Shown piece after piece: positions 1-5,116 of a DNA stretch of 5,908 bases. How positions within the stretch are numbered: the stretch's first letter is position 1; each line of letters begins with the position of its first letter. The stretch is taken from NCBI RefSeq assembly GCF_018420025.1, contig NZ_JAEDAM010000083.1, positions 1 to 5,908 of the forward strand. The letters run 5' to 3'. The translations under genes were made by a program, and so were the position numbers. The stretch comes from Candidatus Vampirococcus lugosii. GTDB taxonomy: Bacteria; Patescibacteriota; Gracilibacteria; Absconditabacterales; Absconditicoccaceae. Below the pieces are notes generated by a model. It searched no databases and was not told the DNA's origin. It worked only from the letters and a program-made list of their open reading frames with translations.

Positions 1-320
1 ATTGCAGCTTGTTTAAGTATAGTAAATCATTTACCATATTTTTCTTCATTACCAGCAGCAGTAACCATTTGGAAAGCTCACCAAAGAAGTACTATTAATG
101 CTATAAATGCCATAATTCAAAGTACCCAGTTTATACCCTTTTGAATTACATCTAAAAATCATTCTCATTTCAAACTATCAGAACCAGGTGTATCAGGATT
201 AATTCATCAAGGATCTGCTCAAAATCATGATCTTGCACCAGGATCTTGAGCAAAAGATAATGATCATAAAGATAATATAAAAATAGATAACAATAAAATA
301 ATTTTCTTAATCATATCCAT
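1..320 (-). CDS. Small secreted pilin-like protein, a candidate TrbC/VirB2-type T4SS pilin of the kind common in CPR bacteria. The C-terminus is cut by the window edge.
   Basis: ATG at 320-318, with an alternative ATG at 314-312. The frame is open to position 1 with no TAA or TAG, and I count 10 in-frame TGA. Translation with TGA=G: MDMIKKIILLLSIFILSLGSLSFAQDPGARSGFGADPGGINPDTPGSDSLKGEGFLDVIQKGINWVLGIMAFIALIVLLWGAFQMVTAAGNEEKYGKGFTILKQAA... This shows a signal peptide (..SFA|QDP), a Gly/Pro-rich linker, then a hydrophobic helix followed by WGxFxMxTAxGxxxKxxK, which matches my recollection of small T4SS-pilin-like proteins. The family assignment comes from motif memory only. Confidence 0.6.
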
Positions 321-480
321 TAAATTATAATAAATAAATGTAACATTATTATACAAATATTTTTCAATAATTCAAGTAATTTTTATATATTTTTTATTTT
401 TTTTAATAAAACTAAACTATTTCTATAAAATTATAGTATAGAATTTTTATAACATTTTTTATATTTAAATATATATTAAA

Positions 481-2031
481 TTAAAATAATTCTATGAGGT
501 AAATTAATTTTTGTAAATTTCTATCTGACAATAAATCTTTTTTTGATTGATAAAAATCATTTAATTGTCATTCCAAATTATTAATTTGTAAATTTTCTAA
601 TATTTCATATAATGAATGTATTTTTTTTGTATCTTTTTGAGTTAATAAATAAAACTTTTCTTTATCAGTATTAATTTCTGTATCAATATTATTTTCTGTA
701 TCAATATTATTTTCTTTTTTTGTATAAATATCTTTTTCTGTATAATCCATTTTTAGATTTATTTTTTCTCATATATTTACATTTTTAGTTTCTCATTTAC
801 TGTTTATGAATTTTAAATTAATTTTTTTTAAATCTTCAATCATAGATTCTATTGAATTAGAATTTATATTACATATATCAAAATATTTACATAAAAAATC
901 ATTAAGTTCTGCTAAATTATTTTCATATGTAATATGATTTTCAATAAATCCTATAAATCAATCTCAAAGATTTTCTTTTAAAGATCTAGCAAGTATTTGA
1001 GGACATTTATTTATCAAATGATTCATATTATCATTTATATATTTATTTCTATGTTCAAAATCTTCAAATTTTATCCATCATTCTTTATAATGGCTTAAAT
1101 TAAGACATATTTTGTCTACTCCAAAATAACTATAATCTATTTCATTTCAATCTCAATTATCATCAAATGTTGGATCATAATATTTTCAATCCATTTTTAT
1201 CCAAGAATGCAAATATCAATCAACTCTTATATCACTGTTTAATATACTTTGTATCTCTCATACTATTCTTTCTCAATCAATTCATAAAAGTCTAGCAAAA
1301 AAAAGATAACTTAATACATATCAATCACAAACATTTTTTCATTTTTCCAAAAAATTTCATAATCTCCATGGTCCCATGTCTTTCGGTAGATTCTCTAATT
1401 TATTCAATATATCATAATCATATTCAGTATTGGAAATAATATATTCATAAATTGATTTTTTTAAATCTCATTTTTCTTTATTTAAATTATTTATTTGTTC
1501 CAAATTGGAATCAATTTTATCTTTATTTTCTTCAATATATTTTATATCAAAATTTGTATAATTATTCATTGATATATATAAGTTATTATTACTTACATAA
1601 CATTCATTTCATACATTTCATCAACCCAAAGCTTTTAAATCATAATTATTTACAAATAATAAATGTTCATATGCATCCATATATTTTTTATTTATTGTTA
1701 GTTGTTGACAAATAGATTTTTTTAATTTATTTTTTTTCCTGATTAATGCAGAATATTTATTTCATTCTTTCAAAATAAGTATATCAGAATTATCCAAAGA
1801 AAATTGATCTTTAAGTATTTGTTCATCCGTTTTATTTTCTATCATATAATATGATACACTTCATAAAATAATATAAGAATTTCATTGATTTGATGTATAA
1901 ATTTTGTTTGAATATATTCAGTCATTTATATCTATTATTTCATAATTTTTATTTAAATAATCAAAAAAATTAGCAAAACTCATTCAAAACATTATTCCCC
2001 AAAATATAAATAGACTTATTAATATTTTCAT
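481..2031 (-). CDS. Secreted or membrane-anchored transglutaminase-like (Cys-His-Asp papain-fold) domain protein with coiled-coil-like regions, 516 aa.
   Basis: ATG at 2031-2029 is the first ATG after an in-frame TAA six codons upstream. The stop is TAA at 483-481, and 1551 nt gives 517 codons. There is no in-frame TAA or TAG, and I count about 25 in-frame TGA. The provided 60 aa ORF (568-750) is the C-terminal part of this frame. The N-terminus MKILISLFIFWGIMFGMSFANF is hydrophobic and signal-like. Core motifs: EKGKNVCDGYVLSYLFFARLLGIDGERIVGEI...GYLHSWIKMDGKYYDPTFDD, matching the transglutaminase-like pattern G-x-C...R-x-x-G-I..V-x-G...H-x-W...D-P-T. The Cys codon is at 1329-1327. K/E/N-rich heptad-like stretches lie mid-protein and at the C-terminus. 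Confidence 0.8.
676..715 (-). repeat. In-frame 18 bp perfect tandem repeat of about 2.2 copies inside the 516 aa gene.
   Basis: The plus-strand unit ttctgtatcaatattatt occurs at 676-693 and again identically at 694-711, followed by a partial ttct at 712-715. It encodes ENNIDT-ENNIDT on the minus strand. A diverged third copy (EINTD) follows it in the protein. Confidence 0.9.
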
Positions 2032-2858
2032 ATTATTTTTATAAATTTAGTAAAAAAATTTAATTCATTTAATATTTCTTCCAAAATTTCATCATTATTT
2101 GGCTTTTCTATATCTATCCAAAAAATATATTCAAAAGGATTTTCTTTTGATGGTAAAGATTCTATTTTTGATAAATTAATATTTTTGGTAGCAAAAGATC
2201 ATAAACATTTATATAAAATAGCAGGTTCATCTTTTGTTTTGAATATAATACTTATTTTTCATTTTTTATTTTTGAAATTTTTTATAAATTCATTATTTTC
2301 AAAAATTTCATTATTCATAGATTTATCTTTTATTATAAGAAATCTTGTAGTATTTCATCATTGATCTTGTATGTCGCTATCCAATATATTTAATCAATAT
2401 ATTTCACTACAAAATCCAGATGCAATAGCTCATATACTATCATCTTTTGATTCTGAAATCATTTTGGCAGCTAGTGCTGTATCAGAAAATTCTTGCAATT
2501 TTATTCAATTATTATTTATATATTTTTCACATTGCATAAGTGCTTGAATATGACTATATACTTTTTTTATTTTTGATATATCTTTTGTTTTTGCAAGCAA
2601 TTTATGATTTATCATTTTGTAATATTCTCAAACAATTTCAACATCATTTTCATAAATATGATAAAAGTTTTCATATATAGGTCATGCATAACTATTTTCT
2701 ATAGGAATACATAATAGATTTTTATTATTAATTTTTTGGAAAACATCTTTGAACGAAAAATTTCAATAAATTGAAGTTTCAATATTTAAACTATTTTTTA
2801 ATAATTGTGATACTTCACTTGAATAAGAACCTATTATTCATTGATAATTTATTTTCAT
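2019..2858 (-). CDS. pheA: Prephenate dehydratase (monofunctional PDT catalytic domain plus C-terminal ACT domain), 279 aa.
   Basis: ATG at 2858-2856 and TAA at 2021-2019; 840 nt gives 280 codons. Translation with TGA=G: MKINYQGIIGSYSSEVSQLL...CIPIENSYAGPIYENF...EIVGEYYKMINHKLLAK...KVYSHIQALMQCEKYI...FSDTALAAKMI...IGAIASGFCSEIYGLNILDSDIQDQGGNTTRFLII...ISIIFKTKDEPAILYKCLGSFATKNINLSKIESLPSKENPFEYIFWIDIE...FIKIIGKY*. This matches PDT hallmarks as I recall them: YQG-x-x-G-S/A-x-S, P-I-E-N-S-x-x-G, G-E, SHPQAL-QC, DTA-AA, AIAS, Y-G-L, N-x-TRF, ESRP-x-x-x-NPWEY-F-x-D, and L-G-S-Y at the end. I count 12 in-frame TGA, and most sit on those conserved Gly positions. Confidence 0.9.
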
Positions 2859-2888
2859 ATACAATAATTTATTATATAAATTTTTTCT

Positions 2889-3794
2889 TTATTTCCATAT
2901 GATATGATCATCATCTCAAATTAATGGACTATTCAAAATTCTAAATTTTTTATTTGTATTCCATATATCAACTAATTTATCAAAATTTTTATCTACTTCC
3001 AACATTAAATTAGCTAGTTCATCAATTTCTTCAAAATCTTTTTCCGTAAATTTATCAAATTTATTTCAAATATAATATGGTGCTTGAAGATATAAAATTT
3101 CATTATTCATTAAACTATGAAAATCATAAAAAACAGCCCAAAGAACTGGTAATAATCATTTATAACCTCAAGCATTAATAAAATTATCAGCATTTAATTT
3201 TCATTGTCTAATTCATAACCAAGTATTTGCAGACCAATCAAATTTTTCTTCAGGAATATTATATTGATCAAAATCAAGGAAATCTTCAAAAAATCAATCA
3301 GCATCAAAATTAATCCATTTTTTTTGATTTTGGTCCCAATATTGATTTATCCAATGATCCCAACTTCAATCAGAAAAATATGGAGCAAATCATGAACGAA
3401 CTCTACAAGGAATATTTTTTGATTTCAAAATTGTTGCCATTAATATCGCAACATAACGACAAGTTACAACAATTTTATCTTCAACTTTTCTATCTTTATG
3501 AAATCATTTATCGTCAAGTCTTAATAATTCTGCAATCATTGAAACAGAATTAGGTAAGATATCATCTTCACATCTTAATCTATGCCATGGAAATTTTTCC
3601 ATATCTCAATAAATTAAATTTTTATTTGCATTTGTATTAAGATCTCTTAATGTTACTCTATGAATAATTTGATGACTTATTAAATTTCATAATTGTTTTA
3701 CATCATCTGGTAAGCTCTTTAAAAAATTTTCATAACAACCTGGATTTGTAAATACACTAAAATTTAAATAATGATTTAATATATTTTCATTCAT
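2889..3794 (-). CDS. Cytoplasmic-type transglutaminase-like domain protein (Cys-His-Asp core), 301 aa.
   Basis: ATG at 3794-3792 and TAA at 2891-2889; 906 nt gives 302 codons. I count 12 in-frame TGA and no TAA or TAG. Translation: MNENILNHYLNFSVFTNPGCYENFLKSLPDDVKQLGNLISHQIIHRVTLRDL...DKIVVTCRYVAILMATILKSKNIPCRVRSGFAPYFSDGSWDHWINQYWDQNQKKWINFDADGFFEDF...IGDDDHIIWK*. The pattern C-R-x-x-A...IP-x-R-V-R-x-G-F...D-H-W...W-x-x-F-D-A-D is the transglutaminase-like core arrangement. There is no N-terminal hydrophobic segment. Ten Trp are already encoded by TGG. Confidence 0.8.
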
Positions 3795-3945
3795 ACAAAA
3801 TAATATTTAGATATATAAATATCTTTATATATTATATTAATTTTTTAAAAAAACAATACAAAATAAAAAAAATATCAAAAATATAAAGATATGTTTAATA
3901 AATGATATTCAAAAAAGGAATATAAAATAAGTAATTTTAAATTAT

Positions 3946-4087
3946 GTAGTACAAAAAATATTTTTATTTTCTCGCAAATCCTTGATTTAAATCAAGATTT
4001 AGAAGAAAATAAAATTATAAAATTTGTGTACTACACAAATCTATTTTTATTTTCTTGCAAATCCTTGTCTAAATCAAGGATTTAGAA
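3946..4087 (+). repeat. Two tandem ~60 nt direct repeats in the divergent intergenic region. Function is unknown; they are candidates for a small-RNA or leader element.
   Basis: R1 (3946-4004) is gtagtacaaaaaatatttttattttctcgcaaatccttgatttaaatcaagatttagaa. R2 (4028-4087) is gtactacacaaatctatttttattttcttgcaaatccttgtctaaatcaaggatttagaa. By eye they are about 85% identical with a few indels, and a 23 nt AT-rich spacer separates them. Each copy contains a stem-loop built on the AAATCCTTG/CAAG(G)ATTT arms. Confidence 0.75.
3962..4014 (+). other. Extended hairpin in repeat copy R1.
   Basis: The outer 11 bp arms are perfectly complementary: ttttattttct (3962-3972) pairs with agaaaataaaa (4004-4014). 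They enclose the perfect 16 nt palindrome cttgatttaaatcaag (3981-3996). The structure is inferred from complementarity only. Confidence 0.55.
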
Positions 4088-4095
4088 ATTTTGTT
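4059..4095 (+). other. Stem-loop followed by a T-tract in repeat copy R2. It resembles an intrinsic terminator or attenuator on the plus strand, but no plus-strand gene lies upstream.
   Basis: A perfect 9 bp stem joins aaatccttg (4059-4067) to caaggattt (4075-4083), with the 7 nt loop tctaaat. The sequence agaaattttgtt follows at 4084-4095. On the minus strand no U-tract would follow the hairpin. Confidence 0.4.
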
Positions 4096-4186
4096 CTACA
4101 AAGATGAGGTTAAATTAAAATTTCTATTGATATTTTTTTATTTTTATATATTAAATGTTTAATTTATTGTATAAAATTTAATCTTA

Positions 4187-4558
4187 ATGATTATAAATAA
4201 AGAAAGATATTGAGATATCAATATTTGAAAATTAATTATATTATCAATATCGATAATATTGGCAGTATGGTTGATATGAATATTGTTATATTTCAATATA
4301 AAATACCAAAAAACGGTTGTGTTATACTCAGCATTATGAAATATAGATACTGCTTCTCAAATTTTAATAGATTTAGATATATGTGATGAAGATTCTAAAA
4401 ATATTAAAATTACTTATAATGCAATTTCTTCCAAATATACATTAGATTGTGACTTAATAGAATGAACTATTCAAGATTATAAAATACAAGAATTAACTGA
4501 TTTAAACACAATTAATGCTACGACATGAAAAGCAATTTATTCTATACCTGATAAATAA
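4187..4558 (+). CDS. Small single-pass membrane-anchored protein of unknown function, 123 aa (paralogue 1 of a tandem family).
   Basis: ATG at 4187 and TAA at 4556-4558; 372 nt gives 124 codons. Six in-frame TGA and no TAA or TAG. Translation: MIINKERYGDINIGKLIILSISIILAVWLIGILLYFNIKYQKTVVLYSALGNIDTASQILIDLDICDEDSKNIKITYNAISSKYTLDCDLIEGTIQDYKIQELTDLNTINATTGKAIYSIPDK*. It has one hydrophobic helix followed by an ~80 aa two-Cys domain. That domain is about 45% identical to the next gene over the ASQ..CDL core. Confidence 0.7.
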
Positions 4559-4572
4559 TTATCAAAAATATG

Positions 4573-4600
4573 TTGACTTATAAGATAATATATTTATTAT
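4573..4600 (+). promoter_or_regulatory. Candidate sigma70-type promoter for the 4635 gene.
   Basis: TTGACT (4573-4578), a 16 nt spacer, then TATTAT (4595-4600). The -10 element ends 34 nt upstream of the ATG at 4635. Matches to -10 elements are cheap in DNA this AT-rich, but the G/C-containing -35 hexamer is less so. Confidence 0.3.
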
Positions 4601-4634
4601 TAAGATAATAAATTTATATTTAAAATATATAATT

Positions 4635-5024
4635 ATGAGCAAAAATAAAAAGAATAATTCAAAAAAGCATATTAACGATTTTAAATTTTTGTTTATAATA
4701 TTTGTTGTAGCTATTATAACTATATTAACAATGGCTTGTTATTTTAAAAAAAATACTGTAGAAGTTTTTAGTTATTGAATGATGACTGATATAAATATAG
4801 CATCACAGACTATGATAGATTTTGATGTATGTAAAAAAGATTCGTCTCAAATTTCATTAGAATATAATAACATGAAAAATAATTATAATTTGAGTTGTGA
4901 TTTGAATTTATCGGAATTTGAGAAATATATTTGGAAAATACAAGAAAATCAAAATATTAAAATACTAAACATTAGTTCTACAGGAGCTATATATGAATAT
5001 AAATGATTAACAAAAAGTAATTAA
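4635..5024 (+). CDS. Small single-pass membrane-anchored protein of unknown function, 129 aa (paralogue 2).
   Basis: ATG at 4635 and TAA at 5022-5024; 390 nt gives 130 codons. The provided 75 aa ORF (4779-5006) is the interior of this frame, bounded on both sides by TGA codons. Translation: MSKNKKNNSKKHINDFKFLFIIFVVAIITILTMACYFKKNTVEVFSYGMMTDINIASQTMIDFDVCKKDSSQISLEYNNMKNNYNLSCDLNLSEFEKYIWKIQENQNIKILNISSTGAIYEYKGLTKSN*. It has a basic N-terminus, a TM helix, and the same two-Cys domain as paralogue 1, with 21 residues between the Cys in both. Confidence 0.75.
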
Positions 5025-5036
5025 TAAAAAAATCTA

Positions 5037-5064
5037 TTGAAAAATATATAAAATATTGTATACT
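5037..5064 (+). promoter_or_regulatory. Candidate sigma70-type promoter for the 5117 gene. It overlaps a TGTATACTACA box.
   Basis: TTGAAA (5037-5042), a 16 nt spacer, then TATACT (5059-5064) with TG at 5057-5058 directly abutting the -10 hexamer. The ATG at 5117 lies 52 nt downstream. The AT-rich background makes this weak. Confidence 0.25.
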
Positions 5065-5116
5065 ACAATTGAATAGTAATTATGCAATTTTTTATATATT
5101 TTTAAAAAAAATAAAT

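Noticed and set aside
424-451. The inverted repeat tataaaatt / aatttttata as an intrinsic terminator downstream of the 516 aa gene.
   Set aside because: The stem is A/T only and imperfect. On the minus strand, which is the relevant orientation, no U-tract follows it. Such pairings are expected by chance at this base composition.
494-508. The shared string ATGAGGT(T)AAATTA at 494-508 and 4104-4118, considered as a repeated SD-like or leader-peptide element.
   Set aside because: The first copy lies on the antisense strand inside the 3' end of a CDS. The second would encode only M-R-L-N-stop, with no gene start at SD distance. Two short AT-rich matches are most simply coincidence.
1452-1715. 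The provided 87 aa plus-strand ORF (MIFLNLIFLYLNYLF...).
   Set aside because: It is low-complexity and rich in Y, L, I and N. It lies antisense to, and wholly inside, the motif-bearing 516 aa minus-strand gene. It has no recognisable motif and is a typical shadow ORF in AT-rich DNA.
3806-3825. The palindrome-like atattta-gatata-taaatat near the 3794 gene start, considered as an operator.
   Set aside because: The 7 bp A/T-only arms are not distinguishable from background in this composition, and there is no second copy in the window.
3946-4087. CRISPR array, or a tracrRNA or crRNA-like element, as an explanation for the intergenic repeats.
   Set aside because: There are only two copies, and they are imperfect at about 85% identity with indels. 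The ~60 nt units are separated by a 23 nt AT-only spacer, which does not fit CRISPR repeat and spacer geometry. No cas genes are in the window.
3795-4186. A tRNA or other canonical RNA gene in the long intergenic region.
   Set aside because: I found no cloverleaf-compatible arrangement, no GTTCRANYC-like T-loop and no GC-rich acceptor stem. The only stems are the repeat hairpins described above.
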